64,000 nucleotides of DNA from Takakia lepidozioides (taxonomy: Eukaryota; Plantae; Bryophyta). Position 1 is the first letter of the stretch, and each line of letters opens with the position of its first letter. Below, one piece after another: positions 14,135-24,618 of the stretch. The stretch lies in assembly GCA_030704615.1 (NCBI GenBank), contig CM060734.1:13888001-13952000 (forward strand). The letters run 5' to 3'. Below the pieces are notes generated by a model. The model was given only the letters and a program-made list of their open reading frames with translations. It did no database searches and was not told where the DNA came from. Position numbers and translations under genes: made by a program.

Positions 14135-14382
14135 GCTGGTGCTTAGGTCCCTCTAAGTCCAGGTAGCCACAAGATGTGATAGTGACCATAGCCTCACTAA
14201 GTCCTCCACCACTATCCCTACTACACTCAAACTCGATAGATCAAGAGGCCGGGTGCAAGAGTTGCCCCATCGTTAGTCGCCGTCTTGCAACCTGTGAACT
14301 TGAGCTTGGGATCTCATGTATTGACTCCTATGAGCTTGGCCTCCCATGTCTTGTTAGCTGCCTCCAGTCATGTCCACTGCCA

Positions 14383-17300
14383 CTATCCCAAGCAGTGTGG
14401 ACACAACCAATCTCCGTCAGGAACCTTCTCAAGAGGTGGTGTCAAGCATCCCATATGCCAACCCCTTGAGCACCGATCACACACCAGCATGGTGGCTGCC
14501 CCTTTGGCAGACCCACAGAGCATGCACCTCAAACCTGCAGGTACCACTGCCAAGTTTGGGTCAACTCTGCCATCGACATTGGGAAGGTGACATGGCGCAC
14601 AATTACGCACATGGTCTTTCCAAGTCATGCCATCCCGACCCTCTAAGATCAGGACCCCTGAGGGCAACACCTCTCGAACCCTCAGAATAACACGCCCTGC
14701 AGTAACATCCAGAGTCGTAGGAGCAGTCTGCTGCAAATAAACATAGTCACCAGGGCTAAACCTCCGAACCCCAGGACGATATCCTCCACCACGTATAGTG
14801 GCATACCTCAACGTATCACGGTGCTGTGCAATGGCAAGGTTCTCAAAAGCCATGGGCATGACTTTCTTGAACAACTCTGCACGCTGATCACATGCACGTA
14901 CCCACACGTCCGGATCGTCAAGGTTAAGGACTTGAGCAGTGTCCCTACGAATGGCTGCAGGCAAATCCGGCTCTCGGCCAAAGAGAAGGAAATATGGTGA
15001 GAAGGAGGCAAGTGATGCTTGTTTGCTGAACCTGTAGCCCATGGCTAACCAAGGAACCTGAAGATCCCAATCTCCTAGGTGTCCCTTCTGCAAGCCATAC
15101 TTGCGCAAACCCCTCTTCACCGTCTGAACAACTCTCTCTGCTAAGCCATCGGCCTCAGGATGATCCCGAGAAGTGGTGCGGTGGTCTATCAAGGCTTTAT
15201 CACACAAAGCCTGAAACTCCCCCAAGAACTCTCTCCCTTGGTCCGTGAGTACCTCAGCTGGAGCACCAAATCGGCTAAGCACACGATCCAAGAATGCATA
15301 CGCAGCCCCCTCACTAGCCTTGTCAGGCAATGGAACCAACTCAATCCACTTGGAGAAGTGCTCCACCATCACCAACACATATCTGTGGTGGCGCATAGTC
15401 AGTGGCAACGGTCCTGCGAAGTCAAGACTCCACCTGTAGCCCAATCCCATGATAGGTAAAGGATGCAACTGTGGTGTAGGGGCGTTGAATGAAGCACGCA
15501 CCCTGTCACACACCATGCACCTAGCCACAAACTGTTGCACCTCTGTATGCATACCACGCCACCAATACTGCCCCTGCAGTAAACTGTGAGTGCGTCGCAC
15601 TCCAAAATGCCCCAACTCCTCATGGGCATGCCGCACTAACCGTGCACGCTGTGTGGGGTGAGGCACAATCCTCACCCGACCATCCTCCCACACTCGAAGT
15701 AGGTGTATCCCCTCCCACTTGAACCTCTTGGCTCGTTGCAGGATCCGATCCCTCTCCCTGGCAGTCACAATGGCTGCCGTGTCTCCCGTGCGGAGGTAGT
15801 CCAACACAGCCGAATCCTCATGTATATCTCTGGCACCACCTAGCTCATCACTAGCCTCAGGGTCCTCAGACACTCCGTCTACAGTCATCCCTGTTGTAGG
15901 TCCAATCTGACCTCCCGATGCCAAGATACACAAAAATGCAGATGCGTGCCATCCCGGCACCATCTCCTCGTCCGTCTCACCATGCCACCGAGCTCCAGTG
16001 TCATCCTGCTGGCTCATGCATGGATTGCGACTCAATCCATCCGCATCCCGATTGACCAAACCCGGTCGATGCACAACCTGAAAGTCATACTCCTGGAGTA
16101 TAAGTGCCCACCGTGCAAGCTTCCCTGTAAGCTTGTCTGACTCCATCAACCACTTGAGTGGCTGGTGATCCGTGACAAGGGTGAAAAGATTGCCGTATAG
16201 ATAGCACCTGAAGTGTGCCACGGCCCACACTGCAGCTAAGCACTCTCCCTCATATGAGCTGTACTTAGCCTCTGCAGCGTTGTTCGAGCGGCTAGCGTAA
16301 GCCACTACGAACTCTCTTCCCTCATCATCCACCTGTGTGAGCACCGCTCCAAGCCCCAGCATGCTCCAATCCGTATGCAGCTGAAAGGGACGCCCCCTGA
16401 TAGGTCGTCTCAAGATAGGCGCCGAGGTCAACCTCGCCTTGAGCTCTTGAAAAGCTCGTTCCTGCTCATCTTCCCACTGCCACTCCTGGTCCACCTTGGT
16501 CAGCTTGGTTAGAGCCTTTGCAATGGTACTAAATCCCTTGACAAACCGTCTATAATAGTTTGCCAACCCCATGAAAGCTCGAACTCGGCTCACATCCGTG
16601 GGGCGTGGAATTTGTGCAATGGCCTCTACCTTAGTCTGCTGTACCCCCAATCCTCCAGGATATATCATGTGACCCAGATACTCAATCTGGTTGTGGAAAA
16701 ACTTGCACTTCCCCGGATGCAACTTCAATCCGTGCGCTCTCAAGCGCTCCAATACCACCTGAAGGTGTCTCTCATGCTCCTCCATCGTAACACTAAAGAT
16801 GATGATGTCATCTATGTAGCACCGAGCAAAGTCCACCCCTGCTAGAATCCTATCCATGACTCTCTGAAACTCTGCAGGAGCATTCTTAAGCCCAAATGGT
16901 AAGAACCGCCACTGATATAGGCAATCCTTGCCGTGCTCATTGATCCCCCAGAATGCCGTCTTCTGCTTGTCCGCCTCCTTGATTGGCAACTGGTGATATC
17001 CGGATCGTAAATCCAAAGTGCTAAAGGCCTTAGCATGCCCGATGGCATCAAAGATCTCCTCTGGTGTTGGCATGGCATACTTATCGGACTTGGTCTGACG
17101 ATTTACAGGCCGGTAATCACCGCACATACGTCTCTCCGTCCAATTGCCATAGACATCCTTCTTGGCTGGCATCACTGTGGCTGAAGCATACTCTCCACCA
17201 GAGAGCTCCACCAAACCTGCCTCCCAGAGATCTTGAGTCCTCATCTGAATCAAAGACCTCTCCATGTCACTGTATCTATAGGGTCTCCGAAAGATTGGCG

Positions 17301-17517
17301 TGTCAGTGGCCAACTCAATACGGATCTCTTGACCCTTCAGTGCTCCCAAGTCCTTCAAACTGAAGGCAAAGCAATTCCTGTAAGCCCTCAGGAACCGCCG
17401 TATACGTCGTCTCTCTCCTCCGGTGACAATGGGTCCAATGTCAGGCTCCCAATTGTCCTCCGTAACTACAACCTTAAGTCCAGTGGGCTTAGAGGTAGAG
17501 GACGCGTCCCGTGGTTG
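14383..17517 (-). CDS. Pol: reverse transcriptase - RNase H - DDE integrase - C-terminal PHD finger (probably made by readthrough of the ORF1 stop)
   Basis: RT: CGDYRPVN, LDLRSGYHQ, PFGLKNAP, YIDD. RNase H: TDWS, YEGECLA, TDHQPL, DADGLSR. Integrase: HEELGH..CMVC, LDFAG, TDQG, GLAER. PHD: CMLC..CDRC..WHMGC..WLCPHC. The listed ORF start at 17358 is TTG, and the frame is open up to the ORF1 stop. Confidence 0.95.
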   Translation of the reverse strand, partial: QPRDASSTSKPTGLKVVVTEDNWEPDIGPIVTGGERRRIRRFLRAYRNCFAFSLKDLGALKGQEIRIELATDTPIFRRPYRYSDMERSLIQMRTQDLWEAGLVELSGGEYASATVMPAKKDVYGNWTERRMCGDYRPVNRQTKSDKYAMPTPEEIFDAIGHAKAFSTLDLRSGYHQLPIKEADKQKTAFWGINEHGKDCLYQWRFLPFGLKNAPAEFQRVMDRILAGVDFARCYIDDIIIFSVTMEEHERHLQVVLERLRAHGLKLHPGKCKFFHNQIEYLGHMIYPGGLGVQQTKVEAIAQIPRPTDVSRVRAFMGLANYYRRFVKGFSTIAKALTKLTKVDQEWQWEDEQERAFQELKARLTSAPILRRPIRGRPFQLHTDWSMLGLGAVLTQVDDEGREFVVAYASRSNNAAEAKYSSYEGECLAAVWAVAHFRCYLYGNLFTLVTDHQPLKWLMESDKLTGKLARWALILQEYDFQVVHRPGLVNRDADGLSRNPCMSQQDDTGARWHGETDEEMVPGWHASAFLCILASGGQIGPTTGMTVDGVSEDPEASDELGGARDIHEDSAVLDYLRTGDTAAIVTARERDRILQRAKRFKWEGIHLLRVWEDGRVRIVPHPTQRARLVRHAHEELGHFGVRRTHSLLQGQYWWRGMHTEVQQFVARCMVCDRVRASFNAPTPQLHPLPIMGLGYRWSLDFAGPLPLTMRHHRYVLVMVEHFSKWIELVPLPDKASEGAAYAFLDRVLSRFGAPAEVLTDQGREFLGEFQALCDKALIDHRTTSRDHPEADGLAERVVQTVKRGLRKYGLQKGHLGDWDLQVPWLAMGYRFSKQASLASFSPYFLLFGREPDLPAAIRRDTAQVLNLDDPDVWVRACDQRAELFKKVMPMAFENLAIAQHRDTLRYATIRGGGYRPGVRRFSPGDYVYLQQTAPTTLDVTAGRVILRVREVLPSGVLILEGRDGMTWKDHVRNCAPCHLPNVDGRVDPNLAVVPAGLRCMLCGSAKGAATMLVCDRCSRGWHMGCLTPPLEKVPDGDWLCPHCLG

Positions 17518-20500
17518 CTATGCTGCAACCTCTTGAGCAGTACTCCCTACCTGCTCAGTCAATGACAAGGCATCATCCTGCCCCATCATCTCATCCTTGA
17601 GGACCTCCTCAACTCGAGAAGAATCCCCAACCTCATCCATCACAGCCGCCTTGGCTGCCAACTCCCTCTGAACCTCGAGCACCTCCCACGTGTGCCATGG
17701 ATGCATGCACCCCGTGGTCCTCACATGCTCGCCCCCACTCACTGCCTGTACCGTCTCGGTAGGCAGAGAGACCATTGAGGGAAGTGTATTCCGCACTCTG
17801 CGTTGCTCAGCTAGAGCCAAGCTGATAATCCAGGTCAAGCAATTGAGATCCATTGCTTGCCCCAACACTTGACGACGTGATGCCTCAGAAAGAGACGACA
17901 CCGCCGTGGTACCAGTGGTAAAACCCATTGCCCGCTCACGCTCGTCAGCATTAGGCTCCACTAACTGCTGCAACTGAGCATCCCACAGGAGGCCAGGTCC
18001 ACTATCCCGGAAAGCATGCGATCCTGGGAAGCTGAGCAGTGTAGGTAATGCTGCTCGTGGTTGACCCACCTTGTTGACCACTGCCAAAGGCGAACGGTCA
18101 TCGTGTCTCACACGTTGAGACTGCCTCCCTGTGTCCAGAATGTTATCCACTGTGAGATGTGCTGGCCGCTGCACCCCATCAAATGCACGCTTGAGCAGTG
18201 CGGGTGGCATCATGTTAGTCCACCATAGCCGTGGACGATGAGCCCGTGACCCCACTGTAGCTGCATCTAGCAACACTGCTGACCCAAGCCACGACCGGAC
18301 TTGATGCACACTGGCCATCACCCTGGCCCGAGAATCGCCCATCAGTGGCACATTCTCCAAGATGTATGCTGGAGATACAGCTTGATGAAGCTGCAAGTGG
18401 CGCAAAACCCGCACCATCTCCCAAAACAGACCCGACCTCGAGTCTCGCAATCCATTGCCATGCCCGGCTGATGAATGCCCTTGGCAGGGCCAACCTGCCA
18501 CTACCAGATCAATGGAGCCAACCCGCTCCAAATCCTGCGCCCCCAGCAACGAAATGTCTGCTGGCAAGGCCTGCTGATATCCACGAATTGCAGACACCGA
18601 CAACAACTCAGGGTACCGCTGCACCAACTGAGCAACATGGCGAAGTGAAACGCGTCGTGCAGTCTCATCCCTCTCCACATACAGGTAACGCCGAACTCGT
18701 ACACCTGCCTGTAACACAGCAGCCAATCCGGTGCTGATCCCGCCAAACAAGTCCAGAAGACAAATGCCTTCATCCGGAGACTGCCACACAATAGGTGTGG
18801 TGTCCAATGGAGACAATTGAGGTGGTCCTGGTGCAATCCCCACACTCTCCTCCTCTCCTGACGGTACAAAAGCCTCCACCCAGGCTTGTTGCACCCGTCG
18901 ATCAGCATCCCGCTGCAAATCCTTGCTCGTGCCCCACAATGGAGTCTGAGCAACCATGGTAGGCAACTCCGCCATACCATACATGTCATCCTGCTCTCCC
19001 GGAGGTGGTACATCCTCTGAATGAGCATTGCCCTCAAGCAACTCTCTAGGCCAACTCACTGCCGCTGTGAATGCTGCTAGTGTCGGCATCTTGCCTCGCT
19101 GGGCAACCGCAACTCCTCCTATGAACGTCACAGGGAGCTGCACACGCCGGCCCTCCCCTGACTGCCATGCAGGCCTATAGGAAGCTGACTCCTCCCAAAA
19201 ATCCAGGGTGAAGCCCATGGGGTACAACACTGCCCCACCAACCAGGACATCGTATGAGACTGCGTCTGTCACAATGGCCTTGGCTCGCATCACTGAGCCA
19301 TCTGTAGGGTGATCCGGCCGTAGTCTGATAGCCAACTCATGCCGTGTCATGCCCCGAGCCTGCTCCGATCCTCCCAGAGACGTCTGTATCTGGAAAGGAC
19401 AAGGCTCCATATCCGCCTCCGTGAGGCCCAAGCCTGCAATAGCAGCTCTGCCCAGCATCAGTGGCTGAGCTCCCGAGTCCAACAAGACTCGCAGTGGCCG
19501 GTACCTCTTGCCTGCCGGTCCACTCAAACAGAAAATGCCATCCTGGTTGTCTAACATGACAACTCCAGGTGTCACCATGGCGCGCTCAATGGCTGGCCTA
19601 GCTGGCAGCTCCATCAACCTGGCAGCTGCAGCTTGCCATGGCGCCGCCGTGGCAGTCTTGACCCTCAAATCCGAGGATCCCTCCGGCACTACACCTCCCA
19701 CTATCTCCGCAGAAGATGAAGTAACCTCCCCACTCTCACAGAGTGTAGCTGCCAGCCTGAACACCTCAGCTGGTCTTACCCCCGGCGTCGCAATCATGGT
19801 AGCCGAGAACAATGGAGCCTGGCACACAGATGTGGCCGCTCCTAGCAGCACACTAGCTGCCGTAGCCTTGGCAACACTAGGTAGTGGTGCTACCCGTGTA
19901 GCTCTCCCCAATGGCATAGTAACCTCCGCCTCGGTAACAGTCGGGCGAGAACTAGGTGCCATGGATGGCGTCGACACTGTCTCCGCCAATGTGAATGACT
20001 GAGGAAGCCTAGCCTGACGGCTTGCCTCCCCACGCTGTGGATCCAACTCCACCTCTGCACCTCGTGGCTCAGGAACTCGTGCTGCTCCTCGAGTCACGGC
20101 TGCAGCAGACTCCACCTGCACTAGTGGTAGTGCTGCTCCACACATGAATCCCATGCCTCCCATATCTCCTCCCTCAGGAGCAGGAGGTGGACCATCCGGC
20201 CTTAGAGCCGGTACCACCTGAGCTGTAGCCATGGCAGCGAGCCTCTGCTCTAGCTGCTGAAGCCGGTTGGCCATGCCTTGGTCAACACCCTGACCTCCGC
20301 GTCCTTGGCCACGTTGAGCTTGCCCTTGGCCTGCACCTCGTGGCTGGCCACCTCGTCCTCTCTGGGCTGCTCCACCTCGCCCCCGGCCACCATTGTTCCC
20401 TTGGAACTGGCCTGGGCGCAACTCAGGATGCAAACCATAACACTGGGCCTCTCCATGCCCGTGCTTGCCACAATGCCCACACTGCAACTGTGCAGGCTGT

Positions 20501-21483
20501 GCATGTGCCGACCCTTTGCCTCCCTCTGGGCAATCCTTCTTGACATGGGGTCCTCCACATGTCCAGCACACCACATCCGCCCGTTGTTGGCCAGCAAATG
20601 AAGGGAGAGACCCCTGCATCTGAGGTCCTCTCTGCCCTTCCCTGAGCTTCACCTGAGCCCCCTTGTTGCCTTGAGCACGTTGAGGTAGTGGTTGGCTAGG
20701 AGCACCACTACCCCGTGGTGTCTCCTTAGCAAATCCCACCATGACCACTCGTTCCTCCACCATGTTGAGCTCTATCCGCTCTGCCAGCAAAAACACATTT
20801 GCTAAGGTGGGTTGGGCCGCTTGTAGGAGAGTTGCATCCCGCACCCTTCTCCTCAGCTCCTTGTCCAATATCCCATACCAGAATTGGACTGCCTGAGCTT
20901 CCGTAACCCCTTGGGTTACATTTATCAAGCGCCTCATGCGAGTGAAAGCCTCCCTCAAGCTCTCGGTCGGCTTCCGTTGGAACTCTTGCAAGCTCCGCAA
21001 CTTCTCTGTCCTCACCCCTTGGTAGTTCCCTCTCAACTCTTCGAAGAACTCCACAACAGGGTTGAAGGCAGGCACGGGTGCTAGTGCTGGTGCGGTAGTG
21101 GCTTGGGTGGATGTCGTAGCTACTGTACCACCAGTCCCACTGCTACTTGCTGAAGCTGCCGGTGCAGCGGCAGGTGTAGCCACTGCCCTCGTGGCTCTAG
21201 TGCCCCTAGTGATGGAGACATAGTCGGGTGACCAGTACATCCTCCACTCCTCGATCTCAACCTCATGCCCCCGCCTGAACTCATGGTAATCATCCATAGG
21301 CGGCCCCTCAAGGTGCTGAAACAGCCCTTTCCATGCCATGAACGGCGTAAATAGTTGTGGATTGCGCATTTGCTGCAAATCACACCAACTATCAAACTCT
21401 TGGATAAAATCATCCAACTCAATGGTGCCCACCGCCCCAGAGTACCTTCGTGGCCCCTTGGTAGCTCCATACATCTCCTCCAT
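17518..21483 (-). CDS. Gag - two zinc knuckles - aspartic protease - C5 cytosine DNA methyltransferase polyprotein
   Basis: Gag capsid-like region (LDDFIQEFDSWC...LQEFQRKPTESLREAFTRMRRL), knuckles CWTCGGPHVKKDC and CGHCGKHGHGEAQC, protease VLLDSGA...DVLVG, and MTase motifs I-X. The first in-frame ATG is at 21483; the frame is open from 21723 (GTG). Confidence 0.93.
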   Translation of the reverse strand: MEEMYGATKGPRRYSGAVGTIELDDFIQEFDSWCDLQQMRNPQLFTPFMAWKGLFQHLEGPPMDDYHEFRRGHEVEIEEWRMYWSPDYVSITRGTRATRAVATPAAAPAASASSSGTGGTVATTSTQATTAPALAPVPAFNPVVEFFEELRGNYQGVRTEKLRSLQEFQRKPTESLREAFTRMRRLINVTQGVTEAQAVQFWYGILDKELRRRVRDATLLQAAQPTLANVFLLAERIELNMVEERVVMVGFAKETPRGSGAPSQPLPQRAQGNKGAQVKLREGQRGPQMQGSLPSFAGQQRADVVCWTCGGPHVKKDCPEGGKGSAHAQPAQLQCGHCGKHGHGEAQCYGLHPELRPGQFQGNNGGRGRGGAAQRGRGGQPRGAGQGQAQRGQGRGGQGVDQGMANRLQQLEQRLAAMATAQVVPALRPDGPPPAPEGGDMGGMGFMCGAALPLVQVESAAAVTRGAARVPEPRGAEVELDPQRGEASRQARLPQSFTLAETVSTPSMAPSSRPTVTEAEVTMPLGRATRVAPLPSVAKATAASVLLGAATSVCQAPLFSATMIATPGVRPAEVFRLAATLCESGEVTSSSAEIVGGVVPEGSSDLRVKTATAAPWQAAAARLMELPARPAIERAMVTPGVVMLDNQDGIFCLSGPAGKRYRPLRVLLDSGAQPLMLGRAAIAGLGLTEADMEPCPFQIQTSLGGSEQARGMTRHELAIRLRPDHPTDGSVMRAKAIVTDAVSYDVLVGGAVLYPMGFTLDFWEESASYRPAWQSGEGRRVQLPVTFIGGVAVAQRGKMPTLAAFTAAVSWPRELLEGNAHSEDVPPPGEQDDMYGMAELPTMVAQTPLWGTSKDLQRDADRRVQQAWVEAFVPSGEEESVGIAPGPPQLSPLDTTPIVWQSPDEGICLLDLFGGISTGLAAVLQAGVRVRRYLYVERDETARRVSLRHVAQLVQRYPELLSVSAIRGYQQALPADISLLGAQDLERVGSIDLVVAGWPCQGHSSAGHGNGLRDSRSGLFWEMVRVLRHLQLHQAVSPAYILENVPLMGDSRARVMASVHQVRSWLGSAVLLDAATVGSRAHRPRLWWTNMMPPALLKRAFDGVQRPAHLTVDNILDTGRQSQRVRHDDRSPLAVVNKVGQPRAALPTLLSFPGSHAFRDSGPGLLWDAQLQQLVEPNADERERAMGFTTGTTAVSSLSEASRRQVLGQAMDLNCLTWIISLALAEQRRVRNTLPSMVSLPTETVQAVSGGEHVRTTGCMHPWHTWEVLEVQRELAAKAAVMDEVGDSSRVEEVLKDEMMGQDDALSLTEQVGSTAQEVAA
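17840..18770 (-). other. C5 cytosine methyltransferase domain (DNMT3-like, non-permuted) within ORF1
   Basis: Motif I LDLFGGI, II YVERD, III ADI, IV AGWPCQGHS (catalytic Cys), VI LENV, VIII AHRPRLWWTN, IX ERERAMGF, X RRQVLGQAM. Confidence 0.93.
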
Positions 21484-21974
21484 TGTGTCCCACAACAATG
21501 GCAAAGAAACAACTTGCACCGCCGGTATGAGCCCTCCTGATTCACAATCCGAATCAGAACCTTCCGTGGAAGACACAGGAGGTGAAGGTGGCCTAAACCG
21601 CACACCTCGTCTCGTGTACCCACTAGTATCGCTAGTGCTCGAACCGGCACTGTCCCCAGCAACTAGTGGCACCTCCGTGTTGACACTCAACCGGTCATGA
21701 ACATGCCCTAACCCCCTCTCCACAAGGTAACCGGGTAGAGAACCTGTTGCGGCTTATGGTTTGGAATACTAAGTTCCTAACATAGCCTACACCTGAACTT
21801 GCATGACCATGGGAATATCATGAAGATACTCCTCAAACCGCCCTCCACGAGCTTCAAAATTCGGCCTTCCAGACCACATGCCAGTCTTTAGTCCACCAGT
21901 GCCTCCACGAGTCAGCACAGGCCATCCACAGGTCAACACGGGCCACCACATACCAGCACAGGCCCACACAGCTC

Positions 21975-23430
21975 ACTGGTCACAGCCATCACAGTCCCAC
22001 AGGCCACTGGGCACAGCCTGTCACAGCCCCTCACAGCTCGTCACAGCCTCAAAGGCCTCAGGCACGGCCTGTCACAGCCCCTCACAGCCCGTCACAGCCT
22101 CAAAGGCCTCAGGCACGGCCTGTCACAGCCCCTCACAGCCCGTCACAGCCTCAAAGGCCTCAAGCACGGCCTGTCACAGCCCCTCACAGCCCATCACAGC
22201 CCCAAAGGCCTCAGGCACGGCCTGTCACAGCCCCTCACAGCCCGTCACAGCCTCAAAGGCCTCAGGCACGGCCTATCACAGCCCCTCACAGCCCGTCACA
22301 GCCCCAAAGGCCTCAGGCACGGCCTGTCACAGCCCCTCACAGCCCATCACAGCCCCAAAGGCCATGGGCACAGCCTGTCACAGCCCCGCACAGCCCGTCA
22401 CAGCCCCAAAGGCCACTGGCACAGCCTGTCACAGCCTGACACAGCCCGTCACAGCCCCACAGGGCACAGGGCACAGCCTGTCACAGCCCATCACAGCCCA
22501 TCACAGCCTCAAAGGCCTCAGGCACGGCCTGTCACAGCCCCTCACAGCCCATCACAGCCCCAAAGGCCATGGGCACAGCCTGTCACAGCCCGTCACAGCC
22601 CCACAGGCCTCAGGCACGGCCTGTCACAGCCCCTCACAGCCCGTCACAGCCCCAAAGGCCATGGGCACGGCCTGTCACAGCCCCTCACAGCCCCTCACAG
22701 CCTCAAAGGCCTCAGGCACGGCCTGTCACAGCCCCTCTCAGCCCGTCACAGCCCCAAAGGCCATGGGCACGGCCTGTCACAGCCCCTCACAGCCCGTCAC
22801 AGCCCCAAAGGCCACTGGGCACAGCCTGTCACAGCCTGACACAGCCCGTCACAGCCCCACAGGGCACAGGGCACAGCCTGTCACAGCCCCACAGGGCACA
22901 GGGCACAGCCTGTCACAGCCCATCACAGCCCATCACAGCCTCAAAGGCCTCAGGCACGGCCTGTCACAGCCCCTCACAGCCCGTCACAGCCTCAACCCAT
23001 CACAGCCCCAAAGGCCTCAGGCACGGCCTGTCACAGCCCCTCACAGCCCGTCACAGCCCCAAAGGCCTCAGGCACGGCCTGTCACAGCCCCTCACAGCCC
23101 GTCACAGCCCAAAGGCCCCTCACAGCCCGTCACAGCCTCAAAGGCCTCAGGCACGGCCTGTCACAGCCCCTCTCAGCCCGTCACAGCCCCAAAGGCCATG
23201 GGCACGGCCTGTCACAGCCCCTCACAGCCCCAAAGGCCACTGGGCACAGCCTGTCACAGCCTGACACAGCCCGTCACAGCCCCACAGGGCACAAGGCACA
23301 GCCTGTCACAGCCCATCACAGCCCATCACAGCCTCAAAGGCCTCAGGCACGGCCCGTCACAGCTCGCCACAGCCTGACACAGCCCGTCACAGCCCGTCAC
23401 AGCTTGCCACAGCCTGTCACAGCCCCACAC
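21975..23430. repeat. Tandem array of (T)CACAGCC units (~51-bp higher-order repeat) in the retroelement 5' leader
   Basis: AAAGGCCTCAGGCACGGCCTGTCACAGCCCCTCACAGCCCGTCACAGCCTC and variants are repeated over ~1.45 kb. A shorter version is at 50935-51390. Confidence 0.95.
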
Positions 23431-24618
23431 ATGGCCGCTCTGGCAGTTTAGCCATTTCTCCAAGGGGTTTAGCCACGCCAAGCTAGGGTTTGTGTCTCTT
23501 GGACTCTAGGCTTCTTTCCACCGAGCTATGGTGGCTGTGAGGAAATCAGCAAGGTATCCTTGCTCTTTCGGCTCCCACACACCACCATAGTAGCCCTAAG
23601 CCATGAGGTGGTTGCCACAAACCAAGCCTTCTTTCTCACTTAGCCTCCCCAAACACGCCACTAAACTCAATGGCAAACAACCAAGCCCTGCTGGTTCCCA
23701 GCCCTTGTGAGCACTCATTCAAGCACTCCCCTCATTGGCCATAGCATCTGTCTTAGAGCCTATTCCAGCCCTCTACACCTGTTGCTTCAAGAGTTGCGCT
23801 CCCTTCAAGCTTGAAGTTGAAACCCCAACTCACATAGGCCCTACAAGTGCTGTTCTTTCACTCCAAGTAGAAACCAGCCCTAGACCTTCCGTTCTAGCTC
23901 TCTAAGGCTTGAAAACAAGAGCCTCAATGGGCTGAAGGCATGCTCCACACATGCCCCACTCTCACCATAAGAGAATCAGCTCCTTTGCTTCATTTCTTGC
24001 ACCCACAAACCTGATAATACAAGCTTCAGCAGGCTGAAAGCATGCTCTACATGCCCTACAGGGAAACCAGCCCCTTCCTTCCTTTCTTGCACTCCCACAC
24101 CTAAAAGTGCAAGCCTTCACCAGGCTGATAGCATGCTCCACACATACATTGCCCTCACATAAGGGAAGTCAGCCCTTCCCTCTTCCTTGCTTGCCCTCCA
24201 AGCTTGAAGATGGAAGCTTCAATGAGCTGAATACATGCTCCACACATGCAACCTCTTCACACAAGAGATATCAGCCCCCTATCTTGGCTCCTTGGCTCCT
24301 TGATGCTCTCTATGACAAGACTAAGCACTCCATAGCCTTTGCCAAGCTCCTGAAACCCTAAGGCTTACATTTCCAGCCACAAGACACTTCTCTTGTGGTG
24401 CAAGAACTCTTCTTCCAAGCTCTGAAACCCTAGGTGCACATTCCATGGCCTTGCCGCACCTCTTAGCTCCTGTTCCAGCCCTGCTCTTGCCATGACAAGA
24501 GCCCTCTCAATGCTGAAGCTCGAGATTGAAACCCAATCTCACCATACTCCACAAAGTGCACTGATTTGCCCCAAGCAAAATCAGCCCTTTCGCTTGGTCT
24601 TGCAATCCTTCACACAAT

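Noticed and set aside
17840-18770. Bacterial restriction-modification gene or contamination
   Set aside because: The domain is fused in frame within Gag-PR, is present in two copies and is flanked by plant PPR and TE sequence.
14383-21723. DIRS/PAT/Ngaro assignment suggested by the split repeats and methyltransferase
   Set aside because: No tyrosine-recombinase ORF was seen. The element has a protease, an HHCC-DDE integrase and TSDs, and its MTase is C5-type rather than the Dam-like type of DIRS.
21878-23377. 499-aa and 231-aa plus-strand ORFs (TACHSPSQPVTA repeats), and similar ORFs at 50453-51477
   Set aside because: They are by-products of the stop-poor CACAGCC tandem array. Length and frame are not conserved between copies.
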